Position numbers and translations under genes: made by a program. From assembly GCF_902713615.1 (NCBI RefSeq), contig NC_052151.1, forward strand, positions 372,001-436,000: DNA of 64,000 nucleotides, read 5' to 3'. This document shows, piece by piece, positions 12,613 through 26,290 of the stretch. Under the pieces are notes generated by a model. That model saw nothing but the letters and a program-made list of their open reading frames with translations, was not told the DNA's origin and searched no databases. The DNA comes from Scyliorhinus canicula. Its lineage: Eukaryota. Within the stretch, counting starts at the first letter, position 1, and the number at the start of each line of letters is the position of its first letter.

Positions 12613-12952
12613 CATAGAATCATAGAATTTACAATGCAGAAGGAGGCCATTCGGTCCATCGAGTCTGCACCGACCCTTACAAAGAACACCCTACCCAAGC
12701 CCACGTATCTACCCAATCCTCATAACCCAGTAACCCCCACTTAACCTTTTTTGGTCACTGAGGGGCAATTTAGCCTGGCCAATCCACCTAACCTGCACAT
12801 CTTTGGACTGTGGGAGGAAACCGGAGCACCCGGAGGAAACCCACGCAGACACGGGGAGGACGTGCAGACTCCACACAGACAGTGACCCAGTGGGGAATTG
12901 AACCTGGGACCCTGGAGCTGTGAATATACTGTGCTAACCACTGTGCTACCAT
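12613..12952 (-). mobile_element. HE1-like V-SINE
   Basis: On the minus strand: tRNA-like head, V-domain core GTGGGTTTCCTCCGGGTGCTCCGGTTTCCTCCCACAGTCCAAAGA and a CR1-type (ATTCTATG)n tail. Confidence 0.85.
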
Positions 12953-13217
12953 TGGTGTTATTGAATTCAAATTCCACCATTGTAATGATGCACTATCACA
13001 GATTTCATTGTAACCACACAAGGATTTATGAATAAAAAGGATTGTACACGGCTACACATCTCCTGCCGAAGAGGGTCCTCCACCCCGGGGTGATTCCCAC
13101 TCTCACTCCCAATTGGTCCCCCCAACCAGGTGATCCTTACCGCCAGTATTGCCCTTAAAGGGACATGCACCGATGTACAATTGGGACCGTGAACCCCAAT
13201 TTACAGAAATCTTCAGT

Positions 13218-13435
13218 AGGGGCTGGTTTAGCTCACTGGGCTAAATCGCTGGCTTTGAAAGCAGACCAAGCAGGCCAGCAGCACGGTTCAATTCCCGTAC
13301 CAGCCTCCCCGGACAGGCGCCGGAATGTGGCGACTAGGGGCTTTTCACAGTAACTTCATTGAAGCCTACTCGTGACAATAAGCGATTTTCATTTTCATTT
13401 CATTTCATTTTTCATTTCATTTCATTTCATTTTCA
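13218..13435 (+). mobile_element. tRNA-derived SINE with (TTTCA)n tail
   Basis: A-box TAGCTCACTGG, B-box GGTTCAATTCC and a microsatellite tail. Near-identical copies at ~31816 and ~49068. Confidence 0.85.
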
Positions 13436-13519
13436 GATGGAGGTGTCGAGTGGATGATCCATCTCGATCTTCTCCAGAGGTCCCCAGCAACAGAGTCCTT
13501 GTGGAGACAAAGACCCGTC

Positions 13520-13872
13520 TATCCCATTTAGCACGGTGGTAGTGCCACACAGCACGATTGAGGGTCTCCACAAGGACTGTGCGGTGGTCACTTCTACCGA
13601 TACTGTCATGGACAGATCCATCTGCAGCAGGCAGGTTGGTGAGGATGAGGTCAAGTATGTTTTTCCCTCTTGTTGGTTCCCTCACCACCTGCTGCAGTCC
13701 CAGTCTAGCAGCTATTGTCCTTTAGGACCCCGGCCAGCTCGGCCTGTGGTGGTACCGAGCCTCTCTTGGTGATGGACATTGAAGTCTCCCACCCAGAGCA
13801 CATTCTGTTCCCTTGCTTCCCTCAGTGCTTCCTCCAAGTGGTGTTCAACATGGAGGAGTAACTGATTCATCA
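13520..13872 (-). mobile_element. CR1-clade APE endonuclease fragment
   Basis: VLWVGDFNVHH...VREPTRGKNILDLILTN...SDH motifs. Copy at ~32118-32470. Confidence 0.8.
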
Positions 13873-14199
13873 GCTGAGTGGGGGGGGGGGGGGTGTGTTG
13901 TGGGGGGGCTGGCACAGGGGTGGGGGGGGGGGGAACTGGCGTGGAAGGGGAGTGGGTAACCAGCATGTTTGACCTTATGCTATGATACTTCATGGGGTGC
14001 GGAGTCAATGTTGGCACAAGGAAGGATTAATAAGGAGGACTTTGCAGGATTCACAGAGCTGGGTTTACTGTTGCTGTTTACCGCTGCCACATTGATCCTG
14101 GGAAATCCGTGCGGCGTCATTCCTTACTGACTTATCTTTCACAGTTTGATACTGCCAGGTGCCTGTAAACCTCTATGGCTCTATGACTAATGTAGTGAG

Positions 14200-15892
14200 T
14201 TACTAGTCTAGTGTATTAGTCTAGTGAATTGCTAGATTAATCTAGTGGATTATCAATCCAGTGGATTACTGGTCTGGTGGATTTGTCTAGTGGATTACCA
14301 GCCCAGGGGATTTCCAGCAAGTGAATTACTGGTCCAGTGGATTACCAGTCAAGTGGATTACCAGCCCCCGGGGATTACTGGTCCAGTGGATTACCAGTCA
14401 AGTGGATTACCAGCCCCCAGGATTACTGGTCCAGTGGACTAACAGTCAAGTGGATTATTCGTCTGGTAGATTACCAGTCAAGTGGATTACTGGTCCAGTG
14501 GATTACCAGTCCAATGGATTACCAGCCTAGGGGATTATCAGTCCAGTGGATTACTAATCCAGTGGATTATCAGTCCAGTCGATTATGGGTCCAGTGGATT
14601 ACCAGTCAATTTGATTACCAATCCAGCGGATTACCAGTCAATTGGATTACTGATCCAGTGGATAACAGTCCAGTGGATTACCAGTTAAGTGGATTACTGG
14701 TCCAGTGGATTACTAGTCCAGTGGATTACTAGTCCAGTGGATTACTAAACCAGTGGATTACTAGTCCAGTGGGATACTCGTAACGTGGAGCTGACTAGGG
14801 GCACAGATACATAGAAGTAGGAGCAGGAGGAGGCCTTCTGGCCCTTCGAGCCTGCTCCACCATTCATCGCCATCATGGCTGATCATCCAACTCAATAGCC
14901 TAATCCTGCTTTCTCCCCATAGCCTTTGATCCCATTCTCCCCAAGTGCTACATCCAGCCGCCTCTTGTTCAAAGTTTTAGCATCAACTACTTCCTGTGGT
15001 AATGAATTCCACAGGCTCACCACTCTTTGTGTGAAGAAATGTCTCCTTATCTCTGTCCGAAATGGTTTACCCAGAATCCTCAGACTGTGACCCCTGGTTC
15101 TGGACACACCCCTCATTGGAAACATCTTCCCTGCATCGACCCTGTCCAGTCCTGTTAGAATTTTATAAGTCTCTATGAGATCCCCCCTCATTCTTCTGAA
15201 CTCCAGCGTGAACAATCCCAACCTCGTCAATCTCTCCTCATATGACAGTCCCACCATCCCAGGAATCAGTCTGGTAAACCTTTGCTGCTCTCCCTCGAGA
15301 GCAAGAACATCCTTCCTCAGAGAAGGAGACCAAAACTGCCGACAATACTCCAGATGTGGCCTCACCAAGGCCCTGTATAATTGCAGCAACACATCCCTGC
15401 TTCTATACTCGAAACTTCTCGCTATGAAGGCCAACATACCATTAGCCGTCTTTACCGCCTGCTACACCTGCATGCTTACCTTCAGCGACTGGTGCACAAG
15501 GACAAGGTCTAGTGGATTCCCAGTCCTGTGGATTACTAGTCCAGTGGGATACTCATAATGTGGATCTGTCCGGTGGATTACTAGTTCTGTGGGTTACTAG
15601 TACAGTTGATTTATCTAGTGGATTACCAGAGTTGCAGATTACTAGTCCAGTGGATTACCAGTTCAGCAGATTATCAACCCAGTGGATTACCGATCTTGTG
15701 GATTATTAGTTCAGTGGATTGCTAGTCTTGTGGATTACTAGATACATGGATTACTAGTCCTGTGGATCTGTCTGGTGGATCACCACTCCAATGGCTTACC
15801 AGTCCAACGTGTTACCAGTCCAACAGGTTACTAGTCCAGTGGATTACCAGTCCAGCGGATTACAAATTCAGTGGATCGCCGAGTGGATTAAA
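14200..15892. repeat. Degenerate 16-bp minisatellite TGGATTAC(T/C)AGTCCAG, interrupted by a CR1 3' fragment
   Basis: Units are present on both sides of 14808-15503. Copy at ~32800-34492. Confidence 0.85.
14808..15503 (-). mobile_element. CR1 LINE 3' end (ORF2 C-terminus + 3'UTR)
   Basis: ORF 14892-15437 LLQLYRALVRPHLEYC.QFWSP...RGHSL...FFTQRVVSLWNSLP. Confidence 0.9.
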
Positions 15893-16654
15893 GTGCCCGG
15901 TGTTTAGTTACAGGGACTGCACTTTCTTCAATAAGGCTGTCTGTCACAGTTGTTACTCTCCCACATCTACACAGGATTAGAAGATACAGTTAGCCCTTCC
16001 ACTATCTCCAATCCCACCTCCGTTAGCAAACCAATCAGGAGCAGGCGACTGATCCACTCTCAGCACAGCTGAACTTCCTGGTAGATCCTGCCCATCCGTG
16101 ACCTCCACTTCCTGTCAGCATCAGTACATACTGATAGAAAATACTCAGTTTTCCATCCTTGCTCTTCACTATTTACATGGTTAAAGATTTTAGATTCTCT
16201 TCAATATTAACAGTCATTCTACTCTCTCATTTTGCAAGTCTTATTTTCCTTTTCACTTCCCCCTCAGCCTGACCTGGTTGTCACTTGACAAACTCACCCG
16301 GTGTACATCGTCTACTCTCTTTATTGTTTATCACATTCTGTATCTCCCTCGTCATCCAGCGTGTCCTGTATTTGGACCCCTAACGTTTGCCCTTCAGCTC
16401 GTGCCTGAAACATCTCATTGATGATCACCCATTGTTTCTGTTACAGTTTGCCATGTCAATCTCTGATTCCATTTCACTCCGCCCAGGAACCCTCTCATCA
16501 CATTAAAATTAACCCTCTTCCAACTTAAAAGATTGACTTTAGATTGTTCCTTGCTCTTCATTACTGATCAAAACATGATAATATGATCACTCTTACCCAC
16601 GTGTTCCCCGCAGACACTTGATACACTTGCTCTTCCCCATTATTCTTCCACATA

Positions 16655-19600
16655 CCAGTGAGGCTAGAAATGGGAAGATAGTACAGCTCAACACCTGATT
16701 AAACAGCTTGTGCAGGAGAGAGGGTTTCCGATTTCTGGACCATTGGGATCTCTTCCAGGGCAGGGGTGACCTGTACAAGAAGGACGGGTTACATCTAAAC
16801 TGGAGGGGCACCAATATCCTGGCTGGGAGGTTGCTAGAGTCACTCGGGAGGGTTTAAACTAGTTTGGCAGGAGGGTAGGAACCAGAGCAAAGGTGAATTA
16901 ACTGAATGGGAACTAGAGAGTAGGGCCTGTAAGACTCAGGAAGTGCAGACAGTGGTTGCTCATCAAAGAGGTTCTGGTAGACTGAAGTGCATTTGTTTCA
17001 ATGTGAGAACAGATAAGGCAGATGAATTGAGAGCTTGGAACTATGATGTTGTTGCCATTTCAGAGACTTGGTTAAGGGAAGGACAGGATTGGCAGCTAAA
17101 CATTCCAGGATTTAGATGTTTCAGGCAGGATAGAGGGGATGTAAAAGGGGTGGAGGATTTACTCCATTGGTTAGGGAGAATATCACAGCTGTACTGCGGG
17201 ATGACACCTTGGAGGGCTCATGCAGCGAGGCAATATGGGTAGAGCTCAGGAACAAGAAGGGGATAATCACATTGTTGGGGGGTTACTATAGACCTCCCAA
17301 TAGCCAGGGGAGATAGAGAAACAGATATGTTGGCAGATATTGGCAATGTGTAAAAGTAACAGGATTGTTGTGATGGGAGACTTCAACTTCCCCAATATTG
17401 ACTGGGACTCACTTAGTGCTGGGGGCTTAGACGGGGCAGAGTTTGTAAGGAGCATCTAGGAGGGCTTCTTAAAACAATATGTAGATAGTCCAACGAGGGA
17501 AGGGGCTGGACTGGAACTGGTATTTGGGAATGAGCCCAGCCAGGTGGTAGAAGTTTCAGCAGGGGAGCATTTCGGGAACAGTGACCACAATTTAGTGAAC
17601 CTTCAGGTACTGATGGATAAAGATAAATGTAGTCCTCAGGTGAAGGTGCTAAATTGGGGGAAGGCTAATTACAACAATATTAGGCGGGAACTGAAGAATG
17701 TAGATTGGGGGGCAGATGTTTGAGGGGAAATCAACATCTGGCACGTGGGAGGCTTTCAAGTGTCAGTTGATAGGACTTCAGGACCGGCACGTTCCTGTAA
17801 GGGTGAAAGATAAGTATGGCATGTTTTGGGAACCTTGGATAACGAGAGATATTGTCGGCCTAGTCAAAAAGAAAAAAGAGCCATTTGTTAGGGCTAGAAG
17901 GCTGGGAACAGACGAAGCCTGTGTGGAATATAAGGAAAGTAGGAGGGTACTTAAGCAAGGAGTCAGGAGGTCTAAAAGGGGTCATAAAAAGTCATTGGCA
18001 AATAGGGTTAAGGAAAATCCCAAGGCTTTTTATACATATATAAAAAGCAAGAGGGTAGCCAGGGAGAGGGTTGATCCAAGCAAGGACAGGGGAGGGAATC
18101 TATGTGTGGAACCAGAGGAAATGGGTGAGGTACTAAAGGAGAACTTTGTGTCAGTATTCACCAAAGAAAAGGACTTGGTGGATGATGAGTCTGGGGAAGG
18201 GAGTATAGATAGTTTGGGTCATGTTGAGATCAAAAAGGAGGAGGTTTTGGGGATCTTGAAAAATATTAAGGTAGATAAGTCCCCAGGGCCTGATGGGATC
18301 TACCCCAGAATACTGAAGGAGGTTAGAGAGGAAATTGCTGAGGCATTGACAGAAATCTTTGGATCCTCACTGTCTTCAGGGGAGGTCCAGAGGGTTGGAG
18401 AATAGCCAATATTGTTCTTTTGTTTGGTGAGCCTTATGTCAAGTGGCAGGGAAGTTATTGGAGAGGATTCTTCGAGACAGGATTTACTCTCACTTGTAAA
18501 TAAGTGGGTGTGGGTGTATTAGCGAGAGGCAGCATGTTATTGTGAAGGGGAGGTCCTGTCTCACAAACTTGATCATGTTTTTTGAGGAAGTGATGAAGAT
18601 GATTGATGAAGGTAGGGCAGTGGATGCCGTCTATACGGACTTCAGTAAGGCCTTTGGCAAGTGAGCTGCCAAGATGGATACAGAACTGGTTCGGTCATAG
18701 AGACAGGGGGTAGCAATGGAAGGGGGCTTTTCTGATTGGAGGGCTGTGACTAGTGGTGTTCGTCAGGGATCAATGCTGGGACCTTTGCTGTTTGTAATAT
18801 ATAGAAATGATTTGGAGGGAAATAATAATAATAATCACTTATTGTCACAAGTAGGCTTCAATGAAGTTACTGTGCAGAGCCCCTAGTCGCCACATTCCGG
18901 CACCTGTTCGGGGAGGCTGGTACGGGAATTGAACCTGCTGCAGCTGGCATTGCTGCATTACAAGCCAGCTGTTTAGCCCACTGTGCTAAACCAGTCCCTA
19001 AAATGTATCTGATTAGTACGTTTGCGGATGACACAAAGGTTGGTGGAATTGCGGATAGCGATGAGGACTGTCAGGATACAGCAGGATTTAGATCGTTTGG
19101 AGACTTGGACGGAGAGATGGCAGATGGAGTTTAATCTGGACAAATGTGAGGTTATCATTTTGGAAGGTCTAATGCAGGTAGGGAATATACAGTGAATGGT
19201 AGAACCCTCAAGAGTCTTGACAGTCAGAGAGATCTAGGTGTACAGGTCCACAGGTCACTGAAAGGGGCAACACAGCTGGAGAAGGTAGTCAAGAAAGCAT
19301 ACGGCATGCTTGCCTTCATTGGCCAGGGCATTGAGTATAAGAATTGGCAAGTCATGTTGCAGCTGTATAGAACCTTAGTTAGGCCACACTTGGAGTATAG
19401 TGTTCAATTCTGGTCGTCACACTACCAGAAGGATGTGGAGGCTTTAGAGAAGGTGCAGAAGAGATTTACCAGGATGTTGCCTAGTATGGAGGGCATTAGC
19501 TATGAGGAGTGGTTGAATAAACTCGGTTTGTTCTCACTGGAACGACGGAGATTGAGGGGCGACCTGATAGAGGTCTACAAAATTATGAGGGGCACAGACA

Positions 19601-19827
19601 GAGTGGATAGTCAGAGGCTTTTCCCCAGGGTAGAGGGGTCAATTACTAGGGGGCATAGGTTTAAGGTGCGAGGGGCAAGGTTTAGAGGGGATGTACGAGG
19701 CAAGTTTTTTACACAGAGGGTAGTGGGTGCCTGGAACTCGCTGCCGGAGGAGGTGGTGGAAGCAGGGACGATAGTGACATTTAAGGGCATCTTGACAAAT
19801 ACATGAATAGGATGGGAATAGAGGGAT
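16655..19827 (+). mobile_element. Degenerate near-full CR1 LINE (ORF1 esterase tail, APE, RT)
   Basis: FRFLDHWDLFQGRGDLYKKDGLHLN (SGNH-like ORF1 end), ISETWL, MGDFNFPNIDW, KSPGPDG, FADDTK, LVRPHLEY. Frameshifts and stops are present. Confidence 0.92.
18822..19000 (-). mobile_element. tRNA-derived SINE with (TTA)n tail nested in the CR1 RT
   Basis: Its reverse complement resembles the 13218 SINE body (GAATGTGGCGACTAGGGG...GTGACAATAAG). It splits the RT between NDL and FADD. Copy at ~37424-37605. Confidence 0.8.
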
Positions 19828-20148
19828 AGAATCAAAGATTTTACAGTGCAGAAGGAGGCCATTTGGCCCATTGTGTCTGACCGACCCTATCTAACCCCAC
19901 ACCTCCATCCTTACCACCTATCCCAGTAACCCCACCTAACCTTTTTGGACACTAAGGGCAATTTATCATGGCCAATCGACCCAACCTGAAAATATTTGAA
20001 CTGTGGAGGAAACCGGAGCACCCGGAGGAAACCCACACACACATGGGGAGGATGTGCAGACTCTGCACTGACAGTGACCCAGGCCGGGAATCGAACCTGG
20101 GACCCTGGAGCTGTGAAGCAACAATGCTAACCACTGTGCTACCTTGCC
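19828..20148 (-). mobile_element. HE1-like V-SINE
   Basis: Same V-domain core as 12613-12952. Copy at ~38436-38756. Confidence 0.8.
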
Positions 20149-20265
20149 CCAGTCAAGGGATATGGTCCCTGGGAGGGGCTTTTAGTTCAGATGGGCAGCA
20201 TGATTGGTGCAGGCACGGAGGTACGAAAGGCCTTTTACTGTGCTTATTGTTCTTTGATCTTTGTT

Positions 20266-23200
20266 CACTGTACCCCAGTGTTATACAGTGACAGACCCTT
20301 CCCACCAGTACTGTGTCCCAGTGATATACAGTGACAGACCCATCCCCACCAGTACTGTACCCCAGTGTTATACAGTGACAGACCCCTCCCCACCAGTACT
20401 GTGCCCCAGTGTTATACAGTGACAGACCCTTCCCACCAGTACTGTACCCCAGTGTTATACAGTGACAGACCCGTCCCCACCAGTACTGTACCCCAGTGTT
20501 ATACAGTGACAGACCTGTCCCCACCAGTACTGTACCCCAGTGTTATACAGTGACAGACACGTCCCCACCAGTACTGTACCCCAATGTTATACAGTGACAG
20601 ACCCGTCCCCACCAGTACTGTACCCCAGTGTTATACAGTGACAGACCCGTCCCCACCAGTACTGTGCCCCAGTGTTATACAGTGACAGACCCTTCCCACC
20701 AGTACTGTACCCCAGTGTTATACAGTGACAGACCCTTCCCACCAGTACTGTACCCCAGTGTTATACACTGACAGACCCGTCCCCACCAGTACTGTACCCC
20801 AGTGTTATACAGTGACAGACCCGTCCCCACCAGTACTGTACCCCAGTGTTATACAGTGACAGACCCGTCCCCACCAGTACTGCACCCCAGTGTTGTTCAG
20901 TGACAGACCTCTCCCCACCAGTACTGTATCCCAGTGTTATACAGTGACAGACCCGTCCCCACCAGTACTGTGCCCCAGTGTTATACAGTGACAGACCCGT
21001 CCCCACCAGTACTGTACCCCAGTGTTATTCAGTGACAGACCCTCCCCACCAGTACTGTACCCCAGTGTTATACAGTGACAGACCCTCCCCACCAGTACTG
21101 TACCCCAGTGTTATACAGTGACAGACCCTCCCCACCAGTACTGTACCCCAGTGTTATACAGTGACAGACCCTCCCCACCAGTACTGTACCCCAGTGTTAT
21201 ACAGTGACAGACCCTTCCCACCAGTACTGTGTCCCAGTGATATACAGTGACAGACCCCTCCCCACCAGTACTGTATCCCAGTGTTATACAGTGACAGACC
21301 CCTCCCCACCAGTACTGTACCCCAGTGTTATACAGTGACAGACCCTCCCCACCAGTACTGTACCCCAGTGTTATACAGTGACAGACCCTTCCCACCAGTA
21401 CTGTGTCCCAGTGATATACAGTGACAGACCCCTCCCCACCAGTACTGTATCCCAGTGTTATACACTGACAGACCCGTCCCCAGCAGTACTGTACCCCAGT
21501 GTTATTCAGTGACAGACCCGTCCCCACCAGTACTGTACCCCAGTGTTATACACTGACAGACCCGTCCCCACCAGTACTGTACACCGGTGTTACACAGTGA
21601 CAGACCCACCCCCACCAGTACTGTACCCCAGTGTTATACAGTGACAGACCTGTCCCCACCAGTACTGTACCCCAGTGTTATACAGTGACAGACCCGTCCC
21701 CACCAGTACTGTACCCCAGTGTTATACAGTGACAGACCCTTCCCACCAGTACTGTGTCCCAGTGATATACAGTGACAGACCCCTCCCCACCAGTACTGTA
21801 CCCCAGTGTTATACAGAGACAGACCCGTCCCCACCAGTACTGTACCCCAGTGTTATTCAGTGACAGACCCGTCCCCACCAGTACTGTACCCCAGTGTTAT
21901 ACAGTGACAGACCCGTCCCCACCAGTACTGTACCCCAGTGTTATACAGTGACAGACCTGTCCCCACCAGTACTGTACCCCGTGTTATACAGTGACAGACC
22001 CGTCCCCACCAGTACTGTACCCCGTGTTATACAGTGACAGACCTGTCCCCACCAGTACTGTACCCCGTGTTATACAGTGACAGACCAGTCCCCACCAGTA
22101 CTGTACCCCGTGTTATACAGTGACAGACCCCTCCCCACCAGTACTGTACCCAGTGTTACACAGTGACAGACCCGTCCCCACCAGTACTGTACCCCAGTGT
22201 TATACAGTGACAGACCCGTCCCCACCAGTACTGTACCCCAGTGTTATACAGTGACAGACCCACCCCCACCAGTACTGTACCCCAGTGTTATACAGTGACA
22301 GACCCACCCCCACCAGTACTGTATCCCAGTGTTATACAGTGACAGACACGTCCCCACCAGTACTGTACCCCAGTGTTATACAGTGACAGACACGTCCCCA
22401 CCAGTACTGTACCCCAGTGTTATACAGTGACAGACCCGTCCCCACCAGTACTGTACCCCAGTGTTATACACTGACAGACCCGTCCCCACCAGTACTGTAC
22501 CCCAGTGTTATACAGTGACAGACCCCTCCCCACCAGTACTGTACACCAGTGTTATACAGTGACAGACCCGTCCCCACCAGTACTGTATCCCAGTGTTATA
22601 CAGTGACAGACCCGTCCCCACCAGTACTGTATCCCAGTGTTATACAGTGACAGACCCTCCCCACCAGTACTGTACCCCAGTGTTATACAGTGACAGACCC
22701 GTCCCCACCAGTACTGTATCCCAGTGTTATACAGTGACAGACCCGTCCCCACCAGTACTGTATCCCAGTGATATACAGTGACAGACCCGTCCCCACCAGT
22801 ACTGTACCCCAGTGTTATACAGTGACAGACCCTCCCCACCAGTACTGTACCCCAGTGTTATACAGTGACAGACCCTTCCCACCAGTACTGTGTCCCAGTG
22901 ATATACAGTGACAGACCCCTCCCCACCAGTACTGTACCCCAGTGTTATACAGAGACAGACCCGTCCCCAGCAGTACTGTACCCCAGTGTTATTCAGTGAC
23001 AGACCCGTCCCCACCAGTACTGTACCCCAGTGTTATACAGTGACAGACCCGTCCCCACCAGTACTGTACCCCAGTGTTATTCAGTGACAGACCCCTCCCC
23101 ACCAGTACTGTACCCCAGTGTTATACAGTGACAGACCCATCCCCACCAGTACTGTACCCCAGTGTTATACAGACCCATCCCCACCAGTACTGTACCCCAG

Positions 23201-24160
23201 TGTTATACAGTGACAGACACGTCCCCACCAGTACTGTACCCCAGTGTTATACAGTGACAGACCCGTCCCCACCAGTACTGTACCCCAGTGTTATACAGTG
23301 ACAGACACGTCCCCACCAGTACTGTACCCCAGTGTTATACAGTGACAGACCCGTCCCCACCAGTACTGTACCCCAGTGTTATACACTGACAGACCCGTCC
23401 CCACCAGTACTGTACCCCAGTGTTATACAGTGACAGACCCCTCCCCACCAGTACTGTACACCAGTGTTATACAGTGACAGACCCGTCCCCACCAGTACTG
23501 TATCCCAGTGTTATACAGTGACAGACCCGTCCCCACCAGTACTGTATCCCAGTGTTATACAGTGACAGACCCGTCCCCACCAGTACTGTATCCCAGTGAT
23601 ATACAGTGACAGACCCGTCCCCACCAGTACTGTACCCCAGTGTTATACAGTGACAGACCCATCCCCACCAGTACTGTACCCCAGTGTTATACAGTGATAG
23701 ACCCGTCCCCACCAGTACTGTACCCCAGTGTTATACAGCGACAGACCCGTCCCCACCAGTACTGTACCCCAGTGTTATACAGTGACAGACCCGTCCCCAC
23801 CAGTACTGTACCCCAGTGTTATACAGTGACAGACCCGTCCCCACCAGTACTGTACCCTAGTGTTATACAGTGACAGACCCGTCCCCACCAGTACTGTACC
23901 CCAGTGTTATACAGTGACAGACCCCTCCCCACCAGTACTGTACCCCAGTGTTATACACTGACAGACCTGTCCCCACCAGTACTGTACCCCAGTGTTATAC
24001 ACTGACAGACATGTCCCCACCAGTACTGTACCCCAGTGTTTTACAGTGATAGACGCGTCCCCACCAGTACTGTACCCCAGTGTTATACACTGACAGACCT
24101 GTCCCCACCAGTACTGTACCCCAGTGTTATACACTGACAGACCCCTCCCCACCAGTACTG
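20266..24160. repeat. 44-bp minisatellite CAGTACTGTACCCCAGTGTTATACAGTGACAGACCCGTCCCCAC
   Basis: About 88 tandem units ending at the N gap. Confidence 0.97.
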
Positions 24161-24660
24161 NNNNNNNNNNNNNNNNNNNNNNNNNNNNNNNNNNNNNNNN
24201 NNNNNNNNNNNNNNNNNNNNNNNNNNNNNNNNNNNNNNNNNNNNNNNNNNNNNNNNNNNNNNNNNNNNNNNNNNNNNNNNNNNNNNNNNNNNNNNNNNNN
24301 NNNNNNNNNNNNNNNNNNNNNNNNNNNNNNNNNNNNNNNNNNNNNNNNNNNNNNNNNNNNNNNNNNNNNNNNNNNNNNNNNNNNNNNNNNNNNNNNNNNN
24401 NNNNNNNNNNNNNNNNNNNNNNNNNNNNNNNNNNNNNNNNNNNNNNNNNNNNNNNNNNNNNNNNNNNNNNNNNNNNNNNNNNNNNNNNNNNNNNNNNNNN
24501 NNNNNNNNNNNNNNNNNNNNNNNNNNNNNNNNNNNNNNNNNNNNNNNNNNNNNNNNNNNNNNNNNNNNNNNNNNNNNNNNNNNNNNNNNNNNNNNNNNNN
24601 NNNNNNNNNNNNNNNNNNNNNNNNNNNNNNNNNNNNNNNNNNNNNNNNNNNNNNNNNNNN
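24161..24660. other. Assembly gap (500 N)
   Basis: Run of N. Confidence 1.
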
Positions 24661-26290
24661 CTGCATGGGTGGTAAATGTGTGTGTGCAGATGCATGTGCG
24701 GTACATGCGTGTATGGTAAATGTGTGGGGACCATGTGTGTGGACCATGTGTGTGGTACATGTGTGTGTGGTACATGTGTGTGTGTGGTTAATGTGTGCGC
24801 AGTGTGTGCGGTACAAGCATGTGTGGTACATGTGTGTATGGTACATGCCAATGGTACATGTGTGTGTGGTACATGTGTGTGGTACATGCATGCGTGGTAC
24901 ATGCGTGTGTGGTTCATGTGTGTGGTATGTGTGTGTTTTACATTGTGTGTGTGTGGTACATCTGTGTGCGGTACATGTGTGTGGTATATTTGTGTGTGGT
25001 ACATGCATGTGTGGTACATGTGTGTGTGGTTCATGTGTGTGATACATGCGTGTGTGGTACATGTATATGATACATATGTGTGGTACATGCGTGCATGTTA
25101 CATGATGTGCGGTACATGTGTATGTGGTACATGTGTGTGTGGTACATGCATGTGCGGTATGTGTGTGCAGTACATGTGTGTATGCTATATGCCTGTGCGG
25201 TACATGTGTATGTGATACATGTGTGTGTGGTACATGCATGTGAGATACATGCATGTGAGGTACCCATGTGTGCGGTACATGCATGTTCAGTACTTGCATG
25301 TACGGTATATTCATGTGCGGTTAATACGTGTGTGGTACATACGTGCATGTTACATGTGTGTGTGATTCATGCATGTGGTACCAAGCCTCCAGTCCCAGAC
25401 ATTGAGCCCTGAACAACCGATTACTACAGGCAGTGAGGAGAAAGGAGAAGGAGCTGTTGTTTCTCTGTGTTTACAGCGAGGCAGAGCTCAAAATCAGAGA
25501 CATAATCAGACTGATCGGGCAGGAAACATTAGTGACAGGAGGGAGGTTTACAAAGGGACAGTGGATCACTGCTGTTATTGATCCACATTAATGACCCAGA
25601 CTTGGTACAGGGAACAATTGTACAATTTGCAGATGGCACAAAGATCGTGTGTACGGTGAACTATGACGAGGATAGTGATAGACTGGTAGAGAATATAAGA
25701 GGCAGAGCAGAAACAAATGCTTTTGAAGATGGTGTGGTTGCAGTGACAGAGATTCCCCAGCAGAGGGAACCCACGCTCCATCGTCCAGCTCAAAGACAAG
25801 AATGAGTGACAGGAATTGGGAGATGTTCCCTCTGGAACTGATCAATAATTTTAGCACCAGGGACAACCTTCCGACTCTAATATCTTCATTAAACATCACC
25901 ACTCATGCCTAAGCCAAGTCAGAATTCCGGATCCCGAACTGCGTTTCCTCTTCCTGATCCCAATGCAGAATCCTTAAACTTGATCAATGTTTGGAATTCC
26001 TAATCCTGATTGCTGCTTTTGATCACGATCCAGGGATTCCTGCACTTCCTGACACATCCAGGATTGTTCCTGATTCCTATCCAGGATTTCTTTCCCGGAG
26101 CAGTATCTGGAATTCCTGCTCTTGATCCCTATCCGGGATTCCTGATCCCAAATCCAATGTGGGATTCATATACCCAAAGCAGCATCTGGGGTTCCTGTTC
26201 CTGAACCCAGTCTGTACCGTCAACACAAAGCATTGCAGTAACTCACCAAGGCTCCTTAGACAGCACCTTCCTTTACCGGGGTCGACCTGC

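Larger units (their letters stand above)
6195..24160 (+). other. Copy A of an ~18.5 kb direct duplication
   Basis: Collinear and nearly identical to 24661-41190. The offset grows from 18466 to ~18600 because of VNTR length differences. Confidence 0.95.

Noticed and set aside
13218-13300. tRNA gene
   Set aside because: It has A/B boxes but no proper cloverleaf, and it continues into a SINE body and tail.
20266-24160. CRISPR-like regular repeat
   Set aside because: Head-to-tail 44-bp units with no unique spacers, no cas genes and a vertebrate context.
23907-25314. ORFs spanning the first gap (also 56337-58712)
   Set aside because: They are open only because they run through N.
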